Shown: positions 31,540 to 40,514 of the stretch, one piece after another
Layout: each line of letters starts with the position of its first letter
Position numbering within the stretch: the first letter of the stretch is position 1
Assembly: GCA_964515905.1 (NCBI GenBank)
Contig: CAZEWK010000097.1
Span: 23,241-87,240 of the forward strand
Length of the DNA stretch: 64,000 bases
Direction: 5' to 3'
From: an uncultured Rhodospirillaceae bacterium
GTDB lineage: Bacteria; Pseudomonadota; Alphaproteobacteria; UBA7887
The notes under the pieces: generated by a model
The model's input: the letters and a program-made list of their open reading frames with translations, nothing else
What the model was told of the DNA's origin: nothing
The model's database searches: none
Made by a program: the position numbers and the translations under genes

Positions 31540-32091
31540 CTAAGGTTGTTGTTTCCTTCTGATGGTTGGTGACTCCCCAAAAGTAACTGGGAGCCCCGCA
31601 GCAGCATTTCGGCGAAGTCTCTCTGCCTCCGCAATTGGATCCACTATCAGTGAGGTGCCATCATCATTTTTCCAAAACATTATTTCTTCTACGAACGCTT
31701 TGTCTTCAACAACTAGTTCTCCATTTTCTCTATCTATTTTTTGTCGAATGCGCGGATCACTATCAATTGCACCGGCACCAGATAAAAGTGCCTTTTCCCC
31801 GTTGGACCTAGCCTCACTAGTTGACCTCTCATCACCTAACAAAATTCGCTCTGCTTGACGGCGCAAATTATCATATTGCTGTCTTGCCTCTCCCGGAGTA
31901 GGCGGCCGTAATTCAAAATTCGGTGGTAGAGACAAGGGCGCACGCTGGACAACTAGATATTCATCCGGGCTATTTTTCCCCATCCCAAGTGTATCTCGCG
32001 CATCCTGAAGACTGCAGGCGGCGAACAAACACGATGCTAAGGCTATTAAACTGCCAGTGCCGAGATCTTTAAGTACTTTACCGCGGATCAT
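31540..32091 (-). CDS. DUF3035 family lipoprotein
   Basis: Lipobox LFAAC; PDEYLVV-x-RAPLSLPP-x-F-x-LRPP-x-PG motif; downstream of lspA. Confidence 0.8.
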   Translation of the reverse strand: MIRGKVLKDLGTGSLIALASCLFAACSLQDARDTLGMGKNSPDEYLVVQRAPLSLPPNFELRPPTPGEARQQYDNLRRQAERILLGDERSTSEARSNGEKALLSGAGAIDSDPRIRQKIDRENGELVVEDKAFVEEIMFWKNDDGTSLIVDPIAEAERLRRNAAAGLPVTFGESPTIRRKQQP

Positions 32092-32566
32092 TTGGCTTCA
32101 ATTTACTGGTTACTCGTCTTCCCAGCAATGACGCCAAGAAAAATATACCAACTCCAATCATGATTGCACTATCAGCAACGTTAAACGCTGGCCAGTGCCA
32201 GGCCATTGCGTGAAAATCCAAAAAGTCTACGACACCACCGCGAATCACCCTGTCCACCACATTTCCGATCGCACCCCCTATAATCATACCGAGTGCAACA
32301 CAAAGATTTTTCTCTTTCGCGCGGTAAAGCCAACAACTTAGTAAAATAATTACCGCTACAGTGAAAATAGTCAAAATCCATCTTGTGAGGGCATCTCCAC
32401 TAGCAAAAATTCCAAAACTAATCCCGGTATTTAGGACAAAAACGATATTAAAAAAGGATGTAACGGTAATTATCTCATATACTCCCAAATTACTGACAAC
32501 GATAACTTTGCTGCTTTGATCAAGAAGAAATACCAGACCCGCTATAAGAATACCTAACCGATACAT
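32078..32566 (-). CDS. lspA: Lipoprotein signal peptidase II
   Basis: DQ-x-SK, NTGISFG, GAIGNVVDR, VVDF, FNVAD. Confidence 0.97.
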   Translation of the reverse strand: MYRLGILIAGLVFLLDQSSKVIVVSNLGVYEIITVTSFFNIVFVLNTGISFGIFASGDALTRWILTIFTVAVIILLSCWLYRAKEKNLCVALGMIIGGAIGNVVDRVIRGGVVDFLDFHAMAWHWPAFNVADSAIMIGVGIFFLASLLGRRVTSKLKPNDPR

Positions 32567-32583
32567 GGTTTAAATATACAATT

Positions 32584-35391
32584 TCACTGAGCCACTGCCA
32601 AAACACATCGTTCACATAGATCCTGATTATTTGTGTCTACGCCGACGCTTGGCAAGTACTGCCAACAACGAACGCATCGGCTGCCTTCTGGCTCTATTAC
32701 CACGGCACCTACACCTTTTACATCGCTAAGCATAAATGCCTCCGCAGGTGGATTTTTATGTAAAGAGGATACCTCAGAGGCAATCGACAGTTCTGCTAAA
32801 TTAATTGTTTTCACTAATTGAGCATCGGATTCATCAGCGAGGTATACAATAACCGAGGCTTCCAAACTGGAACCAATCCTTTTTTCTGCTCTCTCCACTT
32901 CAAGTGCACCAGTTACGACGCGCCGCAAATCACGAATTCTTTCCCATTTTTGAGCCACTTCCGGCTGACACCAAGTTTCCGGTATGGTTGGGAAAAGCCT
33001 GAGATGTACACTGCCATCACCCGAGGGATAACGAGAAAGCCAGGCTTCTTCAGCAGTGAAAGGAAGGGCGGGCGCTAGCCAAGCTGTAAGGATCTCAAAT
33101 AAATGATTAAGTACCGATCGTGCAGCACGCCGACGGACGCTGTGGATTGAGTCACAATACAGAGCATCCTTACGAACATCGAAATAGAAAGCTGACAAAT
33201 CTGTAGAACAGAAGTTGTGGAGAGCACTGTAAAATGTGTGGAAGGTATAATCTCTAATGGATTTTTCTAATATTCGATTAAGTTCGCTCAAACGATGCAA
33301 AATCCATTGCTCTAGCTCTGGCATTTCTGTTGCAGAAACCTGTTCCTGTTCAGAAAAGTTGTTCAGATTTCCTAGCAGATAACGCAAAGTATTTCGAAGA
33401 CGTCTGTAACTATCGACTAATCCTTTTACTATCTCTTTCCCTATTCTCATGTCCTCGGTATAATCGGTAGTCGCAACCCAAAGACGCAAAATGTCTGCTC
33501 CATTCTGGTCGATGATACTTTGGGGCGCGACTACATTGCCGAGGGACTTTGACATTTTTCTGCCCTTACCATCCATTACAAACCCGTGCGTCAAAACTTC
33601 GTTATAAGGCGCGCGACCTCGCGTCCCACAGGATTCAAGAAGAGAAGAATGAAACCAGCCACGGTGTTGATCCGATCCTTCCAAGTATAAATCGGCAGGC
33701 CACGCCTGCGTCTCATCTGACTCAAGGACAAAACTATGTGTTGATCCTGAGTCGAACCAGACATCCAGTATGTCATGTACCTGGTCATAGTCTGATACCT
33801 TCAAATCTGGGCCGAGAAAACGCTCTGGGGACTCAGTAAACCAAACATCTGCGCCAGATTCTTCAACGGCCTCCGCAACACGTTCAATAACAGCAGGGTC
33901 ACGAAGGGGTTGGCCCGTTTCTTTATGCACAAACACAGCGATAGGAACACCCCAAGCTCGCTGCCTTGAAACACACCAGTCTGGTCTGTTCTCTACCATC
34001 GATCTAATTCTATTTTGACCCGCCGAGGGAACCCATCTCGTCTCGTCAATCGAACGTAGGGCAACATCTCTGAGACCTGAAGCATCCATTTCTATAAACC
34101 ATTGAGGTGTATTACGAAAAATCACAGGTTTTTTTGATCGCCAAGAATGCGGGTAAGAATGAATATAATTCTCCGTAGCCACCAATGCATGACACAAGGT
34201 TAACTGCCTAATTATTTCAGGATTAACCTTATAGACGTGTTGACCAGCAAACAGAGGGATGTCAGGTAGAAATAATCCCGAGTCGTCAACTGTGTCAGGG
34301 ACCTCCATTCCATGTTTTTGACCCAACTCAAAGTCATCCGCCCCGTGGCCAGGCGCGATATGGACAAATCCAGTCCCCTGGTCCGTTGAGACAAAATCAG
34401 CCTCATATAATGGTACTTTTAGCGCATACCCTTCGTCAAAAAGTGGATGCCGAGCGATGGTTCCGGCAAGATCAATTCCTTTTATTTCCTTAACTTTTGA
34501 CCACCGTTTGATTAACGCCCTCTCGAAGACAGTTGTGGCAAGCGCTTCCGCTATCACTACTTTTTCGCCCTCCTGCATCAGAGAGTTTGTTGCTACCTCA
34601 TCTATCTGATAGACCGCGTACTCAATGCCCGAACCAAAAGCGATAGCTCTGTTTCCGGGAATAGTCCAAGGTGTCGTTGTCCAAATAACCACGGAGGCGC
34701 CCGTCAAATCATGATCGGGACCACTATCAACACGAAACCGAGCATAAATTGCGGTGGAGGTAATATCTTTATACTCCACTTCAGCCTCCGCGAGTGCTGT
34801 TTGCTCGACTGGTGACCACATTACGGGCTTTGCTCCCTTGTACAAAGCTCCACTTAACAAAAATTTTCCTAACTCCCGTACAATCTGTGCTTCGGCGTGG
34901 AAACTCATTGTAAGATATGGACGGTCCCACGCCCCCAGCACTGCGAGTCGCTTAAAATCCGCCATCTGATTGTCAATCCAGTGGTCTGCATATGCTCTAC
35001 ATTCAGCTCGAAACTGACTCACAGGAACATCTTCTTTTGAGCGACCCTTTTTGCGGTACTCTTGTTCAATCTGCCACTCTATTGGAAGACCATGGCAGTC
35101 CCAACCGGGTATATAATGGGCATCAAAACCCATCATTTGGCGACTGCGATTAATCATATCTTTGAGTATTTTGTTCATCGCTGTGCCAATATGGATAGGA
35201 CCGTTAGCGTAGGGGGGGCCATCATGAAGGATGAATTTTTTCTGTCCTCGCGCACCCTTTCTCAAGCGGCTCCACAACCCAATGGTTTCCCACCGAGCCA
35301 GCATTTCAGGCTCACGGTCTGGAAGACCTGCTTTCATTGGAAAATTGGTTTGTGGCAAATGTAACGTCGATTTGTAATCTGTATCAGTCAT
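32584..35391 (-). CDS. ileS: Isoleucine--tRNA ligase (type 1)
   Basis: PYANG-HIGT, WDCHGLP, WTTTPWT, KMSKS, C-terminal zinc motif CVRC...CERC. Confidence 0.98.
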   Translation of the reverse strand: MTDTDYKSTLHLPQTNFPMKAGLPDREPEMLARWETIGLWSRLRKGARGQKKFILHDGPPYANGPIHIGTAMNKILKDMINRSRQMMGFDAHYIPGWDCHGLPIEWQIEQEYRKKGRSKEDVPVSQFRAECRAYADHWIDNQMADFKRLAVLGAWDRPYLTMSFHAEAQIVRELGKFLLSGALYKGAKPVMWSPVEQTALAEAEVEYKDITSTAIYARFRVDSGPDHDLTGASVVIWTTTPWTIPGNRAIAFGSGIEYAVYQIDEVATNSLMQEGEKVVIAEALATTVFERALIKRWSKVKEIKGIDLAGTIARHPLFDEGYALKVPLYEADFVSTDQGTGFVHIAPGHGADDFELGQKHGMEVPDTVDDSGLFLPDIPLFAGQHVYKVNPEIIRQLTLCHALVATENYIHSYPHSWRSKKPVIFRNTPQWFIEMDASGLRDVALRSIDETRWVPSAGQNRIRSMVENRPDWCVSRQRAWGVPIAVFVHKETGQPLRDPAVIERVAEAVEESGADVWFTESPERFLGPDLKVSDYDQVHDILDVWFDSGSTHSFVLESDETQAWPADLYLEGSDQHRGWFHSSLLESCGTRGRAPYNEVLTHGFVMDGKGRKMSKSLGNVVAPQSIIDQNGADILRLWVATTDYTEDMRIGKEIVKGLVDSYRRLRNTLRYLLGNLNNFSEQEQVSATEMPELEQWILHRLSELNRILEKSIRDYTFHTFYSALHNFCSTDLSAFYFDVRKDALYCDSIHSVRRRAARSVLNHLFEILTAWLAPALPFTAEEAWLSRYPSGDGSVHLRLFPTIPETWCQPEVAQKWERIRDLRRVVTGALEVERAEKRIGSSLEASVIVYLADESDAQLVKTINLAELSIASEVSSLHKNPPAEAFMLSDVKGVGAVVIEPEGSRCVRCWQYLPSVGVDTNNQDLCERCVLAVAQ

Positions 35392-35442
35392 AGTTTTCTT
35401 TAAGGTAGGGTGGTAACGCTATTCTTAAAAGGAACACCCCTA

Positions 35443-36420
35443 TTATTGATTAAAAGGCGTATGGCCCACATCGATAGGTGGTTTCGAACCTGCCAACATG
35501 AATTGAGCGACTTCAGAATCTTCGTCCATTTGTTTGATCAATGCGTTTACATCTTTAAATCGCTTTTCAGAACGAATCCAGCTAAAGAACGCAACCCGCA
35601 GATAATGCCCATAGAGATCTCCCTCATAGCCAAATAAATGCACCTCCAAAATCGGCGTTTGGATTTCAAACATTGGCCTTATACCCACATTGGCTACTGC
35701 TGGATACCATTCCGTTCCATTTTTTGTTACTACGCCACACCAAACAGCATAAATTCCATACGCTGGGACAACGTGATTCCCAAACTTGATGTTAGCTGTT
35801 GGAAACCCAAGTTCTCGTCCTCGCTTATCACCATGCGTCACTCGAGACTCAATCTCCCACATGTGGCCAAGAATTGCAGCCGCCAAACGCACTTCTCCGT
35901 TTTGAAGGTAACCTCGTACTCTGGTAGAGGAATAAATTTCATCTGCATTACCAATTGCCGAAACTTCCGTCACATCAAACCCGTGTTTTTGCCCCGCCTC
36001 TACAAGATATGCGCCGTCTCCCGACCGGCCTTGCCCAAATCGATAATCGTGACCCACTATTACGTGACCAACTTTCAAACCATCCACTAGAACATCTTGC
36101 ACAAAGGCTTCCGCACTTTTCTGACTGAAGGTAGACGAAAACGGAAGCATGTAAAGCAGTTGAACACCACATTCTTTCAACCTTCGAACTTTTGTCCTGA
36201 AAGGAGCCAGGCGCGGAGGTGCAGCCTCCGGCCTAAGCACCATTATTGGATGAGGCTCAAAAGTAAGAACGCCAAGCGGAAGTCCGCATGCTTGTCCTAT
36301 CTCAGCTGCCCGGCCGATAACTCCTCGGTGCCCCAAATGTACACCATCAAAATTTCCAATCGCTACCACAGCACCCCTTAAAGCGGCTGGGAGCGCGCTG
36401 TATCGTCTTATAATTTGCAT
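35443..36420 (-). CDS. ribF: Bifunctional riboflavin kinase/FAD synthetase
   Basis: GNFDGVHLGH, TFEPHP, SSTRVR, GFPTAN, EVH. Confidence 0.97.
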   Translation of the reverse strand: MQIIRRYSALPAALRGAVVAIGNFDGVHLGHRGVIGRAAEIGQACGLPLGVLTFEPHPIMVLRPEAAPPRLAPFRTKVRRLKECGVQLLYMLPFSSTFSQKSAEAFVQDVLVDGLKVGHVIVGHDYRFGQGRSGDGAYLVEAGQKHGFDVTEVSAIGNADEIYSSTRVRGYLQNGEVRLAAAILGHMWEIESRVTHGDKRGRELGFPTANIKFGNHVVPAYGIYAVWCGVVTKNGTEWYPAVANVGIRPMFEIQTPILEVHLFGYEGDLYGHYLRVAFFSWIRSEKRFKDVNALIKQMDEDSEVAQFMLAGSKPPIDVGHTPFNQ

Positions 36421-36533
36421 CAATGTTGGCTTTATTTATGTCCAAAATGAACTGTAATATGGATTCAATAAACTGTTACAAAGTGGTTCGTGAAACTTCT
36501 ATCAGCTTTATTTAAAGCAAAACTGGTCAATTG

Positions 36534-38102
36534 TCATAACGACCTCAAGAAAGCAATCAAAGCATCTCGATCCCCTTCGATCATAGCCCGGACTTTTTCA
36601 CGAGAGTTCCTTGCTTCACCATCGTGCCAAAGGATGGCTTCCATGAGGCCTCTCGCCCGGCCATCGTGCAAAAAGAATCTATGCAAATTTACCCGATGCA
36701 CCAATCCGATTCCCCAAAGTGGGGGTGTCCGCCACTCACTACCGGAGGCACCAAAGTCAGGTCGACCATCTGCCAGTCCCCGACCCATGTCGTGGACTAA
36801 TAGGTCTGTATACGGATAAATATTTTGATTAGCCAACTCGGGGAGTGACGCCAAACTCCCAGTTCGGACGTTAGGTGTATGGCAGAGATCACAACCTGCA
36901 TAGGCGAATAAGGCCTCTCCACGACGTACCCTAGGGTCATCAATATCCCTGCGTGCAGGCACTGCTAGTGATCGCGCATACAAAACTAAACGTTCTAGTC
37001 TAGAGTCATCAAGCTCTGGAGTTCCACCAGCCGGTGCCAAAGCACACTCCTTTTGAGCCAATGGACAGTTTTGAGCAGGGAAAACAGAGGTTGTTATCCC
37101 TATATCACCCACAGCTGCGCTAGCAACCTGTTGTCGCAAACCCGCCACATTTGCCTTCCAACCAAATCTGCCAATAGCAGTTCTCTTGTTTATCGAATCC
37201 CAGACGTAATTAACCCGCCCCGATATCCCATTACCATCTATATCATTTGGGTCGGCTGCCGCCTCAATTGTAGTGGCATCAATCGCCTCCAACAAACCCA
37301 AACCATGAGTGGCTGGCGCCACACGAGGCGAGTACAAAATTTCATGACCCAGTGGACCGTGGCTCAGTTCTCCAAACTCGTATATTGGTTGCCTTAGCGA
37401 ATACTTTTTGCCATCAGTAAATGAGCCTTCCAGTTCTCGGTAACGGATCGTTGCTTTCCCCTCTCTAGGAACACCTAGAATCGCCTTATCTTGCAACTGA
37501 GAACCATAAATTGGGTGTGGCAGCGGGCCCCCATCCGCGTTAACCCCGGGTATACTTAAACGAACCACCATGGCTTTCATTGGCTCTTCTGCATTTTTTG
37601 GCGGCCGGCCCCGCCCATCTTTGAGATGACAGCCAGAACACGACACCCGGTTAAACGTTGGCCCCAAACCGTCCATCCCCTCCACCGACGCAGGAGCTGT
37701 AACCCAGTTGCGTCGGAAGAGATGCCGACCAAAAGCAAACGCACGGAGATGTTTTGGGTCAAGGTTCGCAAGGGGTGCCGAAAAGGCCTCGCGATTGTCC
37801 AAATAGGTTGTAGTGGTGCCGCCAGAAAGTGCGGTTGGTTTAAACGTCTCTATTGGAATAGGGTCTGCTAAATTATGCCAAACCCATCTATTCCAATCCA
37901 TCGCATAGGGCATCCCTTTTCCCGGGACATACTCGTCTTCCGGGCTCATAGGCAGGACCGGCACGTCAGACTGTTTACGGCGAATCTCATCGCCAAAGAC
38001 CGAAGGTATGTTATTTGCGACTATAAGGATGACACAGAACGTGGCAGCACTTAATAGCCGACAGACTGTTTTAAGTTTTTTATAACTAAAATTACTTTTC
38101 AG
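36534..38102 (-). CDS. Di-heme oxidoreductase family (DHOR/DUF1111, IrpB-like) c-type cytochrome
   Basis: Two CxxCH motifs (CSGCH, CDLCH), GLGP-x-FN, GRFGWKA, YTDLLVHDMG, WRTPPLWG, LHDGRAR. The frame stays open 46 codons upstream of the track start, encodes a signal peptide and ends at a CTG at 38102. Confidence 0.9.
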   Translation of the reverse strand: MKSNFSYKKLKTVCRLLSAATFCVILIVANNIPSVFGDEIRRKQSDVPVLPMSPEDEYVPGKGMPYAMDWNRWVWHNLADPIPIETFKPTALSGGTTTTYLDNREAFSAPLANLDPKHLRAFAFGRHLFRRNWVTAPASVEGMDGLGPTFNRVSCSGCHLKDGRGRPPKNAEEPMKAMVVRLSIPGVNADGGPLPHPIYGSQLQDKAILGVPREGKATIRYRELEGSFTDGKKYSLRQPIYEFGELSHGPLGHEILYSPRVAPATHGLGLLEAIDATTIEAAADPNDIDGNGISGRVNYVWDSINKRTAIGRFGWKANVAGLRQQVASAAVGDIGITTSVFPAQNCPLAQKECALAPAGGTPELDDSRLERLVLYARSLAVPARRDIDDPRVRRGEALFAYAGCDLCHTPNVRTGSLASLPELANQNIYPYTDLLVHDMGRGLADGRPDFGASGSEWRTPPLWGIGLVHRVNLHRFFLHDGRARGLMEAILWHDGEARNSREKVRAMIEGDRDALIAFLRSL

Positions 38103-39301
38103 CCCTCATCTCCATCATTGATACTAACAGTCAGATTAAGGTCGGCACCAATTTCCTTAATCAAGGCACCTTGTAGCATTAAGGCATCAATTGCTGACTC
38201 CGCAATTGCTCTCTCTGAGCTTCCATACGGAGTACTCAAAACAAAGTCAAACGGTGATCCAATTTCCGAAATAGACAATTTTGTCTGTTCTAACGCTTTT
38301 ATCATCCGTTCATTAAGGCTTGGGTTTACCTGCTCGATGATTTTATCGAGACCAACTCCGGAGAAATCATTGTAGCGACCATAGTATACATTCTCAATTC
38401 CCAAAGCATTGTATACAAAGTCATTATGTGTGTTATCACTAAAACACGAATGTTCGTCCTCCTGATCTCCACTATCGAGCGCTACAGCCATACGTTCTGA
38501 AGCCAATTCGAATACCGACATAGTCAATATTCCGGTCAATATTCGTTTTAAAGCAATATTTTCGGGCAGAGCAAGAAACCTTTTAGCATAGTTATCAGAG
38601 TTCGGTTTCCATTCATTAACGAGAAAAGTATGGTCGTCAACAAGCTGGGCAACCACAATTTCCAAGTATTTACGTCGGCGATCATTAAAGGACGTGCCAG
38701 GAAAAAAATCACCAGTCGGTCGGACGCCGGGGCCCGTTTTAGATAAGTCCTGGCCCCACAGAAGAAACTCAATTGCGTGATATCCGGTCGACACGTTGCG
38801 ATCATCGTCCGACTGATTTCTTCTCAATATAGAAGATCGGGTTAACTTAATAGAAGTATCATTGATTATACCTGCAGATGAGTTTCCCACGACATAGTCG
38901 ATAAAAGATTCATCGATCGGCCAGGAATTTAGCCTTCCCTCTGGGCCCTCTAGTCCTTCTGACGAATCAAAGAAATCGACTGGACCACCATAAAAACGAA
39001 ATACTTCAGATTGCCCGTACGCCTCCCTAGCCTTCAGCCAGGTATTTTGAGCCGTTTTTAAAGATAACTCATTAGGATTATCTAGCAGTGCCGCAACCTG
39101 ATCCTGTAGCTCCAATGCCCGTGATAGGCTGTCTTCGTAATTCCTGTATACAAGCTCAACATAAGTAATAATGTACTTTTCCGCCTCTGAGCCTGTCTTT
39201 GCCAAAGAGGTGGACGACCAATATACCCCCCCGTAGCATGCTGCTCCTAATGAGAACATGAAAGCCCATAATAAACTTCGGCCGATATCCACTCTCATCA
39301 T
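38099..39301 (-). CDS. Imelysin family protein (IrpA/IcmP-like, iron-regulated)
   Basis: GxHxxE motif TGYHAIEFLLWGQD, FRFYGGP, LNSWP, EDEHSCFSDNT; ATG at 39301 with GGAGG RBS and a signal peptide. Confidence 0.92.
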   Translation of the reverse strand: MMRVDIGRSLLWAFMFSLGAACYGGVYWSSTSLAKTGSEAEKYIITYVELVYRNYEDSLSRALELQDQVAALLDNPNELSLKTAQNTWLKAREAYGQSEVFRFYGGPVDFFDSSEGLEGPEGRLNSWPIDESFIDYVVGNSSAGIINDTSIKLTRSSILRRNQSDDDRNVSTGYHAIEFLLWGQDLSKTGPGVRPTGDFFPGTSFNDRRRKYLEIVVAQLVDDHTFLVNEWKPNSDNYAKRFLALPENIALKRILTGILTMSVFELASERMAVALDSGDQEDEHSCFSDNTHNDFVYNALGIENVYYGRYNDFSGVGLDKIIEQVNPSLNERMIKALEQTKLSISEIGSPFDFVLSTPYGSSERAIAESAIDALMLQGALIKEIGADLNLTVSINDGDEG

Positions 39302-39355
39302 AGAATCCGCCCTCCAAGTGCAGGTACGGGACATAGTAAAAATCCCACCACTCCT

Positions 39356-39374
39356 GATAATGCAAATCATTCTC
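39356..39374. promoter_or_regulatory. Fur box
   Basis: GATAATGCAAATCATTCTC matches 16/19 of the consensus GATAATGATAATCATTATC; 55 bp upstream of the imelysin start. Confidence 0.8.
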
Positions 39375-39432
39375 AATATCAACTAGTTGTTTTGAGTAAA
39401 GAAATAAAAGCACGTAAGTACAAAGCTTTAAA

Positions 39433-39461
39433 TTGACGGAGCCAACACTGCTCTCTACGTT
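39433..39461 (+). promoter_or_regulatory. Putative sigma70 promoter of metF
   Basis: TTGACG-N17-TACGTT, 37 bp upstream of the ATG. Confidence 0.55.
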
Positions 39462-39498
39462 CCATTGAATTCTCGACCCAAAATATCCTGATTAGGCT

Positions 39499-40476
39499 AT
39501 GGACGATCAAGCAAAAAACGAAGACAAAAAAACCAATAGCAATGGTTTTTCAAAAGGTCATTTAGAACAAATTCTGGAAGCTGGCCTGTTCGCTGTCACT
39601 GCCGAAACTTCCCCGCCCGTTAGCGCAGACCCTGAAATTCTTATTAAGGCCACAAAAGATTTGCTGGGAGTGGCGGACGCTGTCAATGTAACCGATGGCG
39701 CGGGAGCTAAATCGCATATGGCTAGCTTAGCCGCAGCGGCAATAATGGTTCGAGCAGGTATTGAGCCGGTTCTCCAGTTTACTGTTCGAGACCGCAATCG
39801 GATTGCTTTACAAAATGATCTTCTAGGAGCTGCAGCCCTCGGTATTCCAAATATTTTATGTTTGACAGGAGATCATGTTGCTTCGGGCGACCAACCAGAA
39901 GCAAAGATGGTGATGGACTTAGATAGTTGCGGTTTGATGGAACTAACACGCAATATGAGTGTAAAGGGCCAATTGCCCTCTGGGCGAGCAATTGTAAAAC
40001 CTCCAAAACTTTTTATCGGTGCGGCGGATGCACCGCGAGAGCCAGATGGAGATTGGGGCCCATCTAGTTTGTTCGCAAAACTTGAAGCAGGTGCTCAGTT
40101 CTTCCAGACACAATTCTGTTTTGATATTGATCTAGTTCGGAGATACATGGCCCGCCTGGATGACGAAGGAATTTTGGAACGTAGTTATTTCATGATCGGT
40201 ATTGGGCCTATTGCATCCGCAAAATCGGCTCGATGGATGAACAAAAATCTTTTCGGTGTCGAAATACCAGGGTCGATAATAGATCGCATAGAAAAAGCAA
40301 ATGACCAAAAGGCCGAAGGAAAAATGATTTGCCTCGAACTAATACAACAGCTACAGGAAATAAAAGGCGTGTCGGGAGTTCATCTTATGGGACCCAGAAT
40401 AGAACAGACCGCGGCACAGGTAATCTCGGAAGCGGGGATACGGGAAGGAAGAAAATCCGTTAAAATCACGCTATAA
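39499..40476 (+). CDS. metF: Methylenetetrahydrofolate reductase
   Basis: E-x-SPP, NVTD, RDRNR, LCLTGD, AGAQFFQTQ, GVHLM. Confidence 0.88.
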   Translation: MDDQAKNEDKKTNSNGFSKGHLEQILEAGLFAVTAETSPPVSADPEILIKATKDLLGVADAVNVTDGAGAKSHMASLAAAAIMVRAGIEPVLQFTVRDRNRIALQNDLLGAAALGIPNILCLTGDHVASGDQPEAKMVMDLDSCGLMELTRNMSVKGQLPSGRAIVKPPKLFIGAADAPREPDGDWGPSSLFAKLEAGAQFFQTQFCFDIDLVRRYMARLDDEGILERSYFMIGIGPIASAKSARWMNKNLFGVEIPGSIIDRIEKANDQKAEGKMICLELIQQLQEIKGVSGVHLMGPRIEQTAAQVISEAGIREGRKSVKITL

Positions 40477-40514
40477 TTTTCCATAGAGCTCAAATGTACC
40501 ACTGACCGACATTG

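Noticed and set aside
39375-39498. SAM or cobalamin riboswitch upstream of metF (also checked upstream of scpA)
   Set aside because: The leaders are too short and I see no riboswitch consensus elements.
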